Made by a program: the position numbers and the translations under genes. A stretch of DNA of 40,000 bases, taken from positions 1-40,000 of IMG/VR virus record IMGVR_UViG_3300020043_004090. One strand, given 5' to 3'. Positions 1 to 9,806 of this stretch are shown here, piece after piece. Under the pieces are notes generated by a model that saw only the letters and a program-made list of their open reading frames with translations, made no database searches and was not told the origin of the DNA. Within the stretch, counting starts at the first letter, position 1; every line of letters begins with the position of its first letter. Origin of the DNA: a virus (taxonomy: Duplodnaviria > Caudoviricetes).

Positions 1-95
1 GGAAGAAGCGAGAGGTAATAAATGGGCGGGGATACCGCTGGTGACAAGGGTCCGACGGGAATGGGGCAGGCGCCTAGCCGCAAAGGCAATATCTC
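1..95. repeat. Terminal overlap with 39906-40000 (circularisation), degraded copy
   Basis: Gap-free alignment with 19 mismatches, 18 of them N->G; the last 18 nt are identical. Confidence 0.9.
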
Positions 96-306
96 TAAAG
101 ATCCTGCCAAGCATTAGGGTGGCTGTACCAAGGTGGTTGGCAACCGAGTCAATCAAATGACTCCTGCTGGCTCTCAAGGTGCTCCCAAGCCTGGCTATGA
201 AGTTACTTGCGGCCGTCATCAGAAAGTTACTTTGTCCACCCCGACCCCTTATGAGACGAAGACCACCAATGGTGGATACGTCAAGGGCTCTAGCTACCTG
301 AAGTGA
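22..306 (+). CDS. Small basic hypothetical protein spanning the circular junction (true start 39927, [25 protein letters not shown]...GSSYLK)
   Basis: The frame from ATG 39927 continues at 22. It has one in-frame TAG at 115-117, next to the error-rich contig start. TGA at 304-306 overlaps the RBS of the next gene. Confidence 0.55.
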
Positions 307-313
307 GGTCTAT

Positions 314-538
314 ATGTCCGGCTATGGAAAAGTGATCTCTGGCGGTGCCTCCATGCGTAAAGGCGTGAGCAAGGGCATCAACGACAAACTGTCTGCCCGC
401 GAAGGCGAGTTTGATCGTCGCGCAACCACGGCTGCTGCTGTGCGTGATGCTTACAAAGTCAACACCCTGTCTGAGCAGCACGTTCAGAACATTCGTGGTG
501 GCAGCTTTACTAAAGGCACTCGTCCCTCCCGCGTATGA
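314..538 (+). CDS. Small basic hypothetical protein
   Basis: GAGG RBS; K/R/G-rich 74 aa; ATGA overlap with the next ORF. Confidence 0.8.
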   Translation: MSGYGKVISGGASMRKGVSKGINDKLSAREGEFDRRATTAAAVRDAYKVNTLSEQHVQNIRGGSFTKGTRPSRV

Positions 539-798
539 TCCCGCGCACGACTAAAGGCAAGGGTGCTAACTACCGCTCGACAGAGCAGGGGGCTGGCATG
601 ACTGCAAAAGGTCGTGCGGCTTACAACAAGAAGACCGGCTCTAACCTGAAGGCACCTGCACCTAATCCTAAGACGAAGGCAGATGCAGGTCGCAAGAAGT
701 CTTTCTGTGCTCGTATGTCTGGCATGCCTGGACCTATGAAGGACGAGAAGGGCCGGCCTACTCGCAAAGCAGCGTCACTAAAGAACTGGAACTGCTAA
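535..798 (+). CDS. Small basic phage protein (RKKSFCARM motif, DUF6321-like)
   Basis: Motif GRKKSFCARMSG...RKAASLKNWNC is typical of aquatic phage proteins near packaging genes. Confidence 0.8.
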   Translation: MIPRTTKGKGANYRSTEQGAGMTAKGRAAYNKKTGSNLKAPAPNPKTKADAGRKKSFCARMSGMPGPMKDEKGRPTRKAASLKNWNC

Positions 799-947
799 TG
801 GCACAAGGTCTGTACGCAAATATCCACGCCAAGCGGGAGCGCATCAAGGCGGGGTCGGGTGAGAAGATGAAGAAGCCCGGAACAAAAGGCGCTCCAACCG
901 CAAAGCAATTTAAGCAAGCAGCTAAAACTGCAAAGAAACCTAAGTAA
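798..947 (+). CDS. Small basic protein, 49 aa (MAQGLYANIHAKRERIKAGSGEKMKKPGTKGAPTAKQFKQAAKTAKKPK)
   Basis: Translated by hand; TAATG overlap with the upstream gene; GLYANIHAKR motif is familiar from aquatic phages. Confidence 0.8.
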   Translation: MAQGLYANIHAKRERIKAGSGEKMKKPGTKGAPTAKQFKQAAKTAKKPK

Positions 948-962
948 CCACTGGAGAATTAA

Positions 963-1607
963 ATGGCAACGTATGACATTGAAGCACTGAAAGAAGACCT
1001 TCCTACCGCAAAAGACCTAGCTCAGTTTGTTTACGACCGAGTTGGCGTTGCGCTAGATCTGGTTGGCAAGCCTAAAGAAGAACAGTATCTTGTCGCTAAG
1101 AACGTTCTTGAAGGCAAAAAGATCCCTGCGGAATTCATCACTGATGACAACCCGTATGTGGATAAGAAAGATCTGATCCCCGAGGATGATCTAAAGCCTG
1201 CGCCGGCCCGCCCGGATAAAGATCTGCCGGACATCGAATCGCGCGTTCACTTCTTTGGCGCGACGAACATGCCTCACCCGCATGATCCGCAGTCGGACAA
1301 GAAGGTCCACATCTCTTTCCGCAAGTACGACAACGGCACGATCACCTATCAGATCATGGGTCCGCTGGAGAAGATTCCTGTCGGCACTCGTATCAATAAG
1401 TACGGCCAGACCGTGCCTGAGAAATACACCTGGATTGATCCTCGCACTGAAGAGCGAGTGATGCGCCGTCCTGATGGCACTTTTACCGAGCGCGGTCGTG
1501 GCTTGTATGCCTACTGCATCGGCGAAAAGGGTGGCAGCATTTGGCCTCTGATTGACCGCGAACTTACGTCTATTGCCCAGAAGAACATTGCAGACCCGTG
1601 GGCGTAA
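963..1607 (+). CDS. Hypothetical protein
   Basis: GGAG RBS, 214 aa, in operon. Confidence 0.85.
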   Translation: MATYDIEALKEDLPTAKDLAQFVYDRVGVALDLVGKPKEEQYLVAKNVLEGKKIPAEFITDDNPYVDKKDLIPEDDLKPAPARPDKDLPDIESRVHFFGATNMPHPHDPQSDKKVHISFRKYDNGTITYQIMGPLEKIPVGTRINKYGQTVPEKYTWIDPRTEERVMRRPDGTFTERGRGLYAYCIGEKGGSIWPLIDRELTSIAQKNIADPWA

Positions 1608-1796
1608 ATGGAAGATTATTCCGTTATCTTTCGTAAGAAGCTGGGGACTCAAGCAGAGGTCTGCGCTAGGAAAGCTCTGGAGTGGCTGCAAAAAGATTTG
1701 CAAAACACTCACGAGCTTGAACCTGACGAAATCTACTATCTTGCCGCTTCAGCACAAATTCTTTTGACGCTGCGCGACAAGTATGTCCAAGAGTGA
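1608..1796 (+). CDS. Hypothetical protein
   Basis: Abuts the upstream stop and overlaps the terL start. Confidence 0.7.
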   Translation: MEDYSVIFRKKLGTQAEVCARKALEWLQKDLQNTHELEPDEIYYLAASAQILLTLRDKYVQE

Positions 1797-3369
1797 AGCC
1801 TCTGATTACATACAGCCCATCTACAAAGAACGGGCTCTCAAGTATTTAATTAATCTTGCTGGCGGGAAAAAGAAGGTCGAGAAGCTCACCGAAGAGCAGT
1901 ACCACGCTATGCGAAAGGCCAGGGACAAACTGGCCTCGGACATGCAGTACAACCAGATTAAATGGTTTCGGCCTTTCCCCTATCAGCTAGAGTTTTTTAA
2001 AACAGGGGCGAAGTATTCCCGCCGTGGAATGCTGGCTGCAAACCGTTCAGGCAAAACAGTAGCCTCGGTCTTTGAGACCGCATACCATCTTACCGGCATC
2101 TATCCCGACGACTGGGAGGGTAAACGCTGGGACCGACCTATCGTGGCTATGTGCTCAGGCGAATCCTGGGAACAGGTTGCTAAAACGCTACAGTCCAAAC
2201 TAGTTGGCTGCGATGACGTTAAGCAAGAGTACAAGATCGGCACCGGCGCAATCCCTCGGGAGATGATCGACAAGAAATCCATTCGCACTGATGGCGCAAA
2301 CATCATGGCTATGGAGATCAAGCACATCACCGGGGGCAAGTCCAAGCTGTACTTTGCCAACTACACCCAGCAAACCAAGAACCTGCAAGGCTTTGAACTA
2401 GACCTTGTCGTCCTTGACGAACAGCCGCCAGACGAAGTTTTCTCGGAACTGGTGGTACGTACTGCCAACCGATCCGGCCAAGTTATCTGCTCCTTCACGC
2501 CCCTTAAAGGTATGTCTGGGCTGGTGCGTAAGTTCTGGGATCAGGTAGAAGGTTATTGCCACATCCGGGTCACTTGGAACGACATTCCTTTTGAGAACGA
2601 ATGGGGCGAACCGTTCTTTCCGCAAGACGAACGAGACCAACTGTCTAGAGACTTTATGCCCTGGGAACGCGAATGCCGCATGAATGGCATACCGCTTATC
2701 GGCCAAGGAGTAGTGTTTCCTTTACTGGAGTGGCCTACTTATGACCCCTCTGAGACAGATCTAAAGAGCAATCCTAATCTTGAGCGGCTGATTAGTTTTG
2801 ACCTGGGGATGAAAAATGACCCAACGGTCATTAGTTTTTTCTTCCACGATGCTGTTCAGGATATTATTTATCTACACAAGCAGATCACTGTTAATAAAGG
2901 TGAGACGCCTGATGAGTATGTCCATTACTTACTAGACAGGGATTCCAGGGGTGTTCCTATTGCACTGCCGCATGATGCAGGGCAACCTGGGCGATACACT
3001 CTGACGGAACAATCTGTACGAGAAGTTTTTGAAGACAACTACAATTTGAATGTCATCCCTGGCGCAATCTTGAACCCGCCTAATGCTGATGGAAAAGTAA
3101 CTAACCATAAGTCTTACGGGATTAATATAATGCGCCTGGGGATGGAGCGTAAAACTTTCCTAATTAACGAGAACTGCAAACAGTTTTTGGATGAGGCTAG
3201 GAATTACGCTATTGATGAAGCCGGTAGGTTTTCTGATCCAGATGACCACATTGACTCAGCCCGCATAGGTATTTTGGCGTTGATTCAAGGTCATGGGGAG
3301 TCGGAGGTTAGCCGAGCCACGACATTTAGGAAGCTACCTAAAATCGAAGGCAAGGTTCAGCAAATTTAA
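1783..3369 (+). CDS. terL: Terminase large subunit
   Basis: Walker A AANRSGKT, Walker B LVVLDEQ, coupling motif SFTP, RNase H-like nuclease acidic motifs (ISFDLG, DDHIDSAR); lies upstream of portal. Confidence 0.95.
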   Translation: MSKSEASDYIQPIYKERALKYLINLAGGKKKVEKLTEEQYHAMRKARDKLASDMQYNQIKWFRPFPYQLEFFKTGAKYSRRGMLAANRSGKTVASVFETAYHLTGIYPDDWEGKRWDRPIVAMCSGESWEQVAKTLQSKLVGCDDVKQEYKIGTGAIPREMIDKKSIRTDGANIMAMEIKHITGGKSKLYFANYTQQTKNLQGFELDLVVLDEQPPDEVFSELVVRTANRSGQVICSFTPLKGMSGLVRKFWDQVEGYCHIRVTWNDIPFENEWGEPFFPQDERDQLSRDFMPWERECRMNGIPLIGQGVVFPLLEWPTYDPSETDLKSNPNLERLISFDLGMKNDPTVISFFFHDAVQDIIYLHKQITVNKGETPDEYVHYLLDRDSRGVPIALPHDAGQPGRYTLTEQSVREVFEDNYNLNVIPGAILNPPNADGKVTNHKSYGINIMRLGMERKTFLINENCKQFLDEARNYAIDEAGRFSDPDDHIDSARIGILALIQGHGESEVSRATTFRKLPKIEGKVQQI

Positions 3370-3378
3370 GGATACGAA

Positions 3379-5520
3379 ATGCTAAACAAACAGAACGTTA
3401 TCGTTCCAAACATTGCTGCATCTGGCGGTCAAAAGGGCTTGGTTGAAAACGTCGCCCACGAGGTTTACCTCAAGATGGTTGACTACCTGCGATTGACGCA
3501 GTCTAAAAACCAGTTTAACCGTCTAGCTACTTATCACTATCTCAACATCCCGATTTCTAACTCCACGGAACCTATCCGTGGTATCGACTACATCCACCCT
3601 GTAGTTAACCCTGGCGTTGATTACGCCACTGCGGTTATCACAAAGTGCCTGATGCCTAATGGCAAGGTGGAGTTTGAGTTTGAGCGTATGCAGCATGAAG
3701 ATGGCAGGGCTGCTCGACAAGCTACCGAGATGGTTCGGTACATGATTAACAGCAAGAACGATGCATATGCTGTTATCCGTGATTGGGCCCAAGGTGCTTT
3801 GCTCAACAAGAACGGCGTGGTAATGGTCTCTCCCGTGCGAGATCCTTTGACTATGTACAAAGAAGTCGAGGGCACACGAGATGAGTTGAAGGTGTTTGAG
3901 ATCATGGCCGCTGAAAAGGGCCTGACTGCCAAGCGCCAAAACATGCGAAAGATTGATGTCAATCTAGAAGCCGCAATGGCTGACGTTCTTGAGACCGGCG
4001 AAGACGCTGGCGATGCTCTAGACGCTAATGCCATTTACCGTGCTCAGTACAAACTGACCGGCTACTCCACTACGGTTCGCATCAAGCAAGTTGCACAGCA
4101 CTACTTTGTGTGCAACCCGACTATCAGCACCATTCAGGATCAGGATTTCTGCGGGTTCTATGACCCCATGACAATCCACGAGGCCAAAGCTCAGTATCCC
4201 TACATTGATATTGAGTCTTTTGCTGAACATGCATCCTACGGTCCTGCCGGTGCTTATCAAGCTGGCGCACTAGAAAACGATCTGGCTATCCACGCTCGTG
4301 ACTCTACCCCGGTCCCCGGCCAGGGCGTGATTGCCTCTGCTGGAGCAGATCGATTCAGTCGCGTTGTGATGCTGACGACCGCTTGGATTCGCCGCGACAT
4401 TGATAACGATGGCGAAGAAGAGATCATTGAGGTCTGCTTCTCAGGCGCGTACATCATCTATGCCAAAGAGGTGGATTTCATCCCTCTGGCAAACATGTGT
4501 CCGAAGCCCCTGGTTGGCAACTTCTTTGGATACTCGCTGGCAGAGCGGCTTATTCCGATGCAGGAATACGCAACGTCTATCGCCCGCGCCGAGATGGCCT
4601 TTGCCATGCAGGCATCGACTCCGCGCATTGGTGTCAACCCTGAGTTCTTGGATGCTGAAGAGATTCAGCGTGGCGTGAGCGCAATGTTTGTTCTGGACCG
4701 CAAGTTCGATCCTGCCAAACACATCTACGAGTTCTCGCCTTTGCAGGGTAATCTGGCATACGTCCAATCGGCCATGCAACGGTTTGAGCAAGACAAGATG
4801 GCAATGGTCGGTATGACTAGCCCGTCTGATGTGCTCAACCCTGAAGTAATGAAGGATGGCAATAGCGGTTACAAACTGCAACTTGCTATGGGTCCGAACC
4901 AGCTTATCCAAGATGAGATGGTTAAGAACTGCGCTATTGGTTTGCGCGATGCCCTGTACATCGTCTGGAAAACTCTTATCCAGTATTCCGACGACTACAA
5001 CATTCAACAGTTGGCCTCTGTCTTGGGTGACGGCGAGGCTTTCTTGGATGCCAAGTCCATTGAAAACTTTGAGTTCATTGACCGCCGCATGATCAATATT
5101 GATCTGGCCCTTGGATTCTTGTCGGACGAGAACCGCCTGACGCGCCAGCAACTGATCCAGCAAGTGCAGACCCAGTTTGCCCAGGCTGTTGCAATGATTC
5201 CTCAGAGTGTTCCCGAGCTTTTCTTTAAAGTTCGTCGTCCGTTTGAAGATACGTTGCGAGTGCTTGGCATCAAAGACGTTGACTCTTATCTGCCGACGTT
5301 TGAAGAAGCCGCCAGGATTGTTGTTGAGAAACAGCAGCAAGGCCCGGATAGCGCCACTAAAGAGCTTGACTCCAAGACTGAGCTTAACAAGGCCAAAGCG
5401 ATGGAAACTATGGCTCGGGCTGGTTTGGTCACTAAGCAAACTGAAGATATTGATACCGACAATATGTTTGAAGCAATGGCGGCTAAACAAGGCAACTTGA
5501 AGGCTGTGCAGATCGACTAA
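3379..5520 (+). CDS. Portal protein (podovirus P22/SU10-like)
   Basis: 713 aa directly after terL; LLNKNGVVMV, DIDNDGEEE and FFGYSLAE segments plus a Q-rich helical C-terminus are typical of podoviral portals. Confidence 0.9.
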   Translation: MLNKQNVIVPNIAASGGQKGLVENVAHEVYLKMVDYLRLTQSKNQFNRLATYHYLNIPISNSTEPIRGIDYIHPVVNPGVDYATAVITKCLMPNGKVEFEFERMQHEDGRAARQATEMVRYMINSKNDAYAVIRDWAQGALLNKNGVVMVSPVRDPLTMYKEVEGTRDELKVFEIMAAEKGLTAKRQNMRKIDVNLEAAMADVLETGEDAGDALDANAIYRAQYKLTGYSTTVRIKQVAQHYFVCNPTISTIQDQDFCGFYDPMTIHEAKAQYPYIDIESFAEHASYGPAGAYQAGALENDLAIHARDSTPVPGQGVIASAGADRFSRVVMLTTAWIRRDIDNDGEEEIIEVCFSGAYIIYAKEVDFIPLANMCPKPLVGNFFGYSLAERLIPMQEYATSIARAEMAFAMQASTPRIGVNPEFLDAEEIQRGVSAMFVLDRKFDPAKHIYEFSPLQGNLAYVQSAMQRFEQDKMAMVGMTSPSDVLNPEVMKDGNSGYKLQLAMGPNQLIQDEMVKNCAIGLRDALYIVWKTLIQYSDDYNIQQLASVLGDGEAFLDAKSIENFEFIDRRMINIDLALGFLSDENRLTRQQLIQQVQTQFAQAVAMIPQSVPELFFKVRRPFEDTLRVLGIKDVDSYLPTFEEAARIVVEKQQQGPDSATKELDSKTELNKAKAMETMARAGLVTKQTEDIDTDNMFEAMAAKQGNLKAVQID

Positions 5521-5536
5521 TTAGCAAAGAAAAGCA

Positions 5537-5872
5537 ATGAAAAGTTTCACGGAAAATATTAGAGATTTCTTCAATAAACGAACTCGTCTATCTGACTCCC
5601 GAAAGGACGCCGATGTAACTAGAAAAGCACTTGTTATAGATAATGCTGACTCAGCAAGACGTTTACTGGCAAACAATGACTTTGCGTTAATGTTTAACTT
5701 GTATCGTTTTAATATGCTGGAGCGCCTAGAAGACTCTAGAGAAGATTCTGAGCGAATTACTAACTCGCACTATGTAGCGGGTGTCAGAGACTTCATTGAC
5801 TTTATTGAGAAGCAAGAGTATCTAGGCAAGTTGTCTGAGGCTAACGCCCAGAAAGCAAAAGACGTTGTATAA
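5537..5872 (+). CDS. Hypothetical head-associated protein
   Basis: Small helical ORF between portal and scaffold. Confidence 0.75.
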   Translation: MKSFTENIRDFFNKRTRLSDSRKDADVTRKALVIDNADSARRLLANNDFALMFNLYRFNMLERLEDSREDSERITNSHYVAGVRDFIDFIEKQEYLGKLSEANAQKAKDVV

Positions 5873-5894
5873 ACTTAATAGATTAGGATAAGAT

Positions 5895-7013
5895 ATGTCA
5901 GACGTAATCGCTAATGCGACCGCCCCTGAGCAAACTGGTAGTGTGAACCCTGCGGACGCCATTGCCGCGATGATTGCCGCTAACAAGCGTAACAATCCGC
6001 AGCCTAACGGTGTTTCGCCGCCACCAGCCGGACAAGAAGAGGCAAATGCCGAATCCCCGGAGGCGGCTCCTGTAAAGGAGGCCGAACCTGAAGATAGTAT
6101 TGAATTGGCGACAGAGCCTGAACAAGAAGAAGTTGCTGAAGAGTCCACCGATGGTGTAAACGATGCAGTAGATTTCTTGGAGTTCGCGGCACAGAATCCG
6201 AATGTAGTGCTAAAGATTCCAAACAAGGACGCAGAAGGCGGCTTTGTAGAGATGACGGCACAAAAGGCGGCTTCTATTCTGGGTCAAGGAAGTGCTATCC
6301 ATGAAAATGCACGGAAACTTAAGCTTGAGAAAGCCGAGTTTGAAGAGTACGAGGCAAAGAGACGATCTGAGTTAGATGGTCTGCAAATTGGTCTGGAACT
6401 GACTGTTGTTCCCCAGCTACAGCAAGTTGCTGATGAGTTGGTAACCCTGCAACAGTACAACCAGCAATGGCAGCAAATCTATCAAAACGCGACTGACGAG
6501 GTTCAGCGTAGTGAGGCAGAGGCGGCTATCCGTCAAAACTCACAGTTGATCCAAGAGAAGTCAAAGTTTATTCAGACTAATCGGCCTAAGGTTGAGCAGT
6601 TTTATCAGATGCGGTCGCAGTTTGTCCAAGAGACTTTGGATAAGGCGCGACAGAGCTTCCAAGATAAAGAGCTTGCCAACAAAGCTGTGTTCTCTGAGCT
6701 TCGTGAGAAGTTGTCAAAGGAATGGAAGGGCGCTGAGAGTTCTTATATTCCTGGGGTGAAAAACTTGGATCTTGTGTCGTCTGATGAATACATCCTTGGA
6801 TTGATTCGTGACGGCATGAAGTTTCGAGATGGCCCTAAGGTTGTAAAGAACGCTGGCGGCTCACTCGCAGCAGCAGGCAAGCCTGTTGCACGAGCCAAGA
6901 CCACTCCTGAAGACAAAACTTCTGAGCTTCAACGCAAGGCTGATTCTGGTGATAAGAATGCTGCGCGTGATCTTTTGGCAACCATGTTGGCATCAAACCG
7001 ACGCCGACGTTAA
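5895..7013 (+). CDS. Capsid scaffolding protein
   Basis: Acidic disordered N-terminus, coiled-coil Q/E core, basic C-terminal helix; directly precedes the capsid gene. Confidence 0.85.
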   Translation: MSDVIANATAPEQTGSVNPADAIAAMIAANKRNNPQPNGVSPPPAGQEEANAESPEAAPVKEAEPEDSIELATEPEQEEVAEESTDGVNDAVDFLEFAAQNPNVVLKIPNKDAEGGFVEMTAQKAASILGQGSAIHENARKLKLEKAEFEEYEAKRRSELDGLQIGLELTVVPQLQQVADELVTLQQYNQQWQQIYQNATDEVQRSEAEAAIRQNSQLIQEKSKFIQTNRPKVEQFYQMRSQFVQETLDKARQSFQDKELANKAVFSELREKLSKEWKGAESSYIPGVKNLDLVSSDEYILGLIRDGMKFRDGPKVVKNAGGSLAAAGKPVARAKTTPEDKTSELQRKADSGDKNAARDLLATMLASNRRRR

Positions 7014-7029
7014 ATTTATAGGATAAATC

Positions 7030-8184
7030 ATGGCAACCATTACCTCTGCTTCCCTGGGCAACGGCAACGGCCCGTATGCAACCGACATCGTGGTTAAAGA
7101 CCTCGATATGACCGTCTCCAACTATGTTAAGGACCGCACTCCGGTCACTAACATGGCTATGAGCAAAAAGCGCAAGATCAACTCTACGCTGCATATCTGG
7201 CCGATTGACTACTACCGCACTCCTACCCTGAACGCCAAGCTGGAAGGTGCCGCTGTTTCGTCTTCTGACGCAGCATCGAACACCCGCGCCAACTGCGGCA
7301 ACTACACCCAGATCTTCACCACCGTGATCGGCGCTACTGGCACCGCACGCGCTGTTGAGCAGGCTGGTGGTGATCCGCAGGCTTATCAGGAAGTCAAGCA
7401 GCTGACTGAAATCATGTTCGACGTTGAGCTGCAAATGCTCCGCGCCGACGGTGCTTCGATCAAGTACTCGGGCCAAAACGCCACTCAAGGCGCTTCCCCG
7501 AACAACGGTCGTCGCTTTGGTTCGCTGTTCTCGTTCGCCGGCACCCGTTCGGGTAACGCGACCGATGGCACCGACATCCTGAACATTGCTACCAGCGATG
7601 GCAACGACGTTACGTCAGCTACCGACACGAACACCCCGTTCAACGGTCTGCTGTCTAACTCGGGTCTGGGCTACTTCACGTTCTCTTCTGGTGTTACTCT
7701 GCAACCCTTCTCGCCCGTGCTGTACAAGCAACTGGTGACTGTGGCCGAGCAGCGTTTCAACGCCAAGATCACGAACATGGTCGTGCCCACCTCGCTGCGT
7801 ACCACCATCTCTGACAACATCCCGACCTCGCGTTCTATCAACCGTTTCAACCCGGCTGATAAGGGCGACACAATCGGTACGTATGAAGGTGACTTCAACT
7901 ACACGTATCAGATCGATGACTCGTGGGTGATGGACCAGACTGGTTCGGACAACACTTCTATCCTGTTCATGAACCCGGATGTGGTTCAGTGGGGTTCCCT
8001 GCGCGAGCTGGGCCCGAACAACGAAGTGTTCTCCAACGCTGACGCCTCGCTTGACCAGTACATCATGGAAGGTACGCTGATCGTGCGTAACCCCGCCGGT
8101 GTTGCTGTCCTGGCCGCTATGACGACTGGTACTCCGACTACCACCGCTCGTCCCGCTGCCCAGGTGAAACGGTACCTTAGTTAA
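7030..8184 (+). CDS. Major capsid protein (DUF5309/SU10-type HK97 fold)
   Basis: 384 aa, strong codon bias, motifs HIWPIDY, NYTQIFTTVIGATGT, AYQEVKQLTEIMFDVE; followed by a terminator-like hairpin. Confidence 0.9.
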   Translation: MATITSASLGNGNGPYATDIVVKDLDMTVSNYVKDRTPVTNMAMSKKRKINSTLHIWPIDYYRTPTLNAKLEGAAVSSSDAASNTRANCGNYTQIFTTVIGATGTARAVEQAGGDPQAYQEVKQLTEIMFDVELQMLRADGASIKYSGQNATQGASPNNGRRFGSLFSFAGTRSGNATDGTDILNIATSDGNDVTSATDTNTPFNGLLSNSGLGYFTFSSGVTLQPFSPVLYKQLVTVAEQRFNAKITNMVVPTSLRTTISDNIPTSRSINRFNPADKGDTIGTYEGDFNYTYQIDDSWVMDQTGSDNTSILFMNPDVVQWGSLRELGPNNEVFSNADASLDQYIMEGTLIVRNPAGVAVLAAMTTGTPTTTARPAAQVKRYLS

Positions 8185-8198
8185 TTAAACTAAGTCAA

Positions 8199-8226
8199 CG
8201 GCTGGCCCTTAGGGGCTGGCCTTTGT
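8199..8226 (+). terminator. Probable intrinsic terminator after the capsid gene
   Basis: GGCTGGCCC-TTAG-GGGCTGGCC stem (with G-U pairs) followed by TTTGT. Confidence 0.6.
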
Positions 8227-8294
8227 ATGCTAAACGGCGTTTTTCTGTACGGGCTGTTTACCCGGCTCGTATGGAAAGACACTAGGAAAAAGCA

Positions 8295-8798
8295 ATGGAA
8301 AACGTACGACCCGAAACCAGCGAAGTTAGCGAAGATTACTTTCTCAAAGGCAACCTAGAGGCCGGAGTAGACGGTGTTTTTCGCAAAAACGATAAGCTGT
8401 TTAACGAAGTTAAGTCTGGTACTTGGTCTCAGACGTTTAACACGACAAACATCAACTATAAAGTTGGCGCTATTGATGGTGAGCGGTATGTTCAATACGA
8501 GCAAAAGAACGTAGAGTCAATCCGTCAACGATGCAAAGAGATGCGGGAGTTCTATAAAGAGCATGGTACTGACAATCCGTTTTTTGCCGGTACTTTTCAT
8601 GCGATGGAGCTACCAAAGTGTTTTGCCCATGAGATCAGTAGCAAGTGGTTTAACAACAGGCCGTGGGAACTAATTAAGCGAGACAAGCAAGATAAGATTT
8701 TGTTTTACGCTATCGTGAACGAATATTATTCTGACTTTGTTTGTCACCCTAGCGGAAAGATCCCGCTACCATATAATCCTGCTATTCCTACAAAGTAA
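8295..8798 (+). CDS. Hypothetical virion-module protein
   Basis: AGGA RBS, 167 aa. Confidence 0.8.
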   Translation: MENVRPETSEVSEDYFLKGNLEAGVDGVFRKNDKLFNEVKSGTWSQTFNTTNINYKVGAIDGERYVQYEQKNVESIRQRCKEMREFYKEHGTDNPFFAGTFHAMELPKCFAHEISSKWFNNRPWELIKRDKQDKILFYAIVNEYYSDFVCHPSGKIPLPYNPAIPTK

Positions 8799-8807
8799 GG
8801 AAGTGAA

Positions 8808-9791
8808 ATGTCCCTATATATTCAATCTGCGAACAGTTTAGTTAGTCAAGTTTCGCAATGGGTAGGGGCAATTCCGATGTCCGCTGGTGTCAACGCCACC
8901 AGTTTTAACGCCTCTACTGGAGTTTTGGGGTGCAGTGTTGACCCCTCTTCTCTGATTAGCGTTGGTGACTTTATTGGCTATTCAATGAATGGCCCGTTTA
9001 CTATCGTTACTGGATATTCCGTTTCAACCCTTACGGTTGATGACCCGGACGATATCTGGACGATGACAACGTTCCCGACGGCAATTTACAAACTGCCTGC
9101 AGCCGCTTCTACAGAAATTCTTGCTTGCATTAAGTTTGCTGAATTGAAGATGCGGACGTTAGAGCTTCCCGCATTGCGTAGCGATCCGTATGACACTGCG
9201 GACCCTGCGATTTTGACGGTTAACGCTCAAGGTCTTGCGCCTATTCCTGCAGACATGAACAAGCCTATTTTGTTCTTCCAGGAAACGCCTGGGTCTGGGG
9301 TTCCTGCTGGCGCGGCAGGACTTGGTCCTTGGATTATGTATGACCGGGTTGGAGATCGGGAGATTATTCGTCGCCGGATGATCGACCAACTCTATGTGCG
9401 CCCATTTGGCGTGCCCCGAGTGATCCGAGCTTCTTTCTCTGAAGTCGGTAATAACTATGTATTTACTCCCAATCCTGGACTAAATACAGTTATCAAAGCT
9501 TACTATTACAGAACATTCCCATTTTTGTTCGGTGCTACTGGCGATGCTCTTGGGCCGCTGGTTCAAACAAACGCAGTGCTGGCTTCTTTCCCTGAGGGGT
9601 ATTTTTACGGAAGCCTGGCTGCGTATTACGACAAGAACAAGAACACTGAAGAAGCGCAAAAGTGGAACACTCGTTTCGATGATTCTTATGGTTTGATTGA
9701 AGATCAAAACTATAAAGGTAAGTGGATGGGTGGCGATCAACACCTTACCTCGGAGTTCCAACCCCGAGAGTATCGTTACTCATTCAAATAA
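8808..9791 (+). CDS. Head-tail adaptor-like protein
   Basis: Position, plus motifs IKFAELKMR..L and TNAVLASFPEGYFYGSLAAYY typical of podoviral adaptors; extra N-terminal beta-rich insertion. Confidence 0.65.
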   Translation: MSLYIQSANSLVSQVSQWVGAIPMSAGVNATSFNASTGVLGCSVDPSSLISVGDFIGYSMNGPFTIVTGYSVSTLTVDDPDDIWTMTTFPTAIYKLPAAASTEILACIKFAELKMRTLELPALRSDPYDTADPAILTVNAQGLAPIPADMNKPILFFQETPGSGVPAGAAGLGPWIMYDRVGDREIIRRRMIDQLYVRPFGVPRVIRASFSEVGNNYVFTPNPGLNTVIKAYYYRTFPFLFGATGDALGPLVQTNAVLASFPEGYFYGSLAAYYDKNKNTEEAQKWNTRFDDSYGLIEDQNYKGKWMGGDQHLTSEFQPREYRYSFK

Positions 9792-9806
9792 TTCTAAGGA
9801 CGCAAG

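Noticed and set aside
1-95. DGR template/variable repeat pair with 39906-40000
   Set aside because: No reverse transcriptase; changes affect A, C and T and converge on G rather than being adenine-specific; located at contig ends.
115-117. Amber (TAG) recoding
   Set aside because: Single case beside the error-rich contig end; long genes are intact under code 11 and TAG ends ORFs at 30422 and 31008.
4441-5490. 349-aa antisense ORF (and similar ones at 6835-7488, 9911-10534, 24612-25199)
   Set aside because: Shadow frames of strongly biased or repetitive + strand structural genes; no recognisable motifs.
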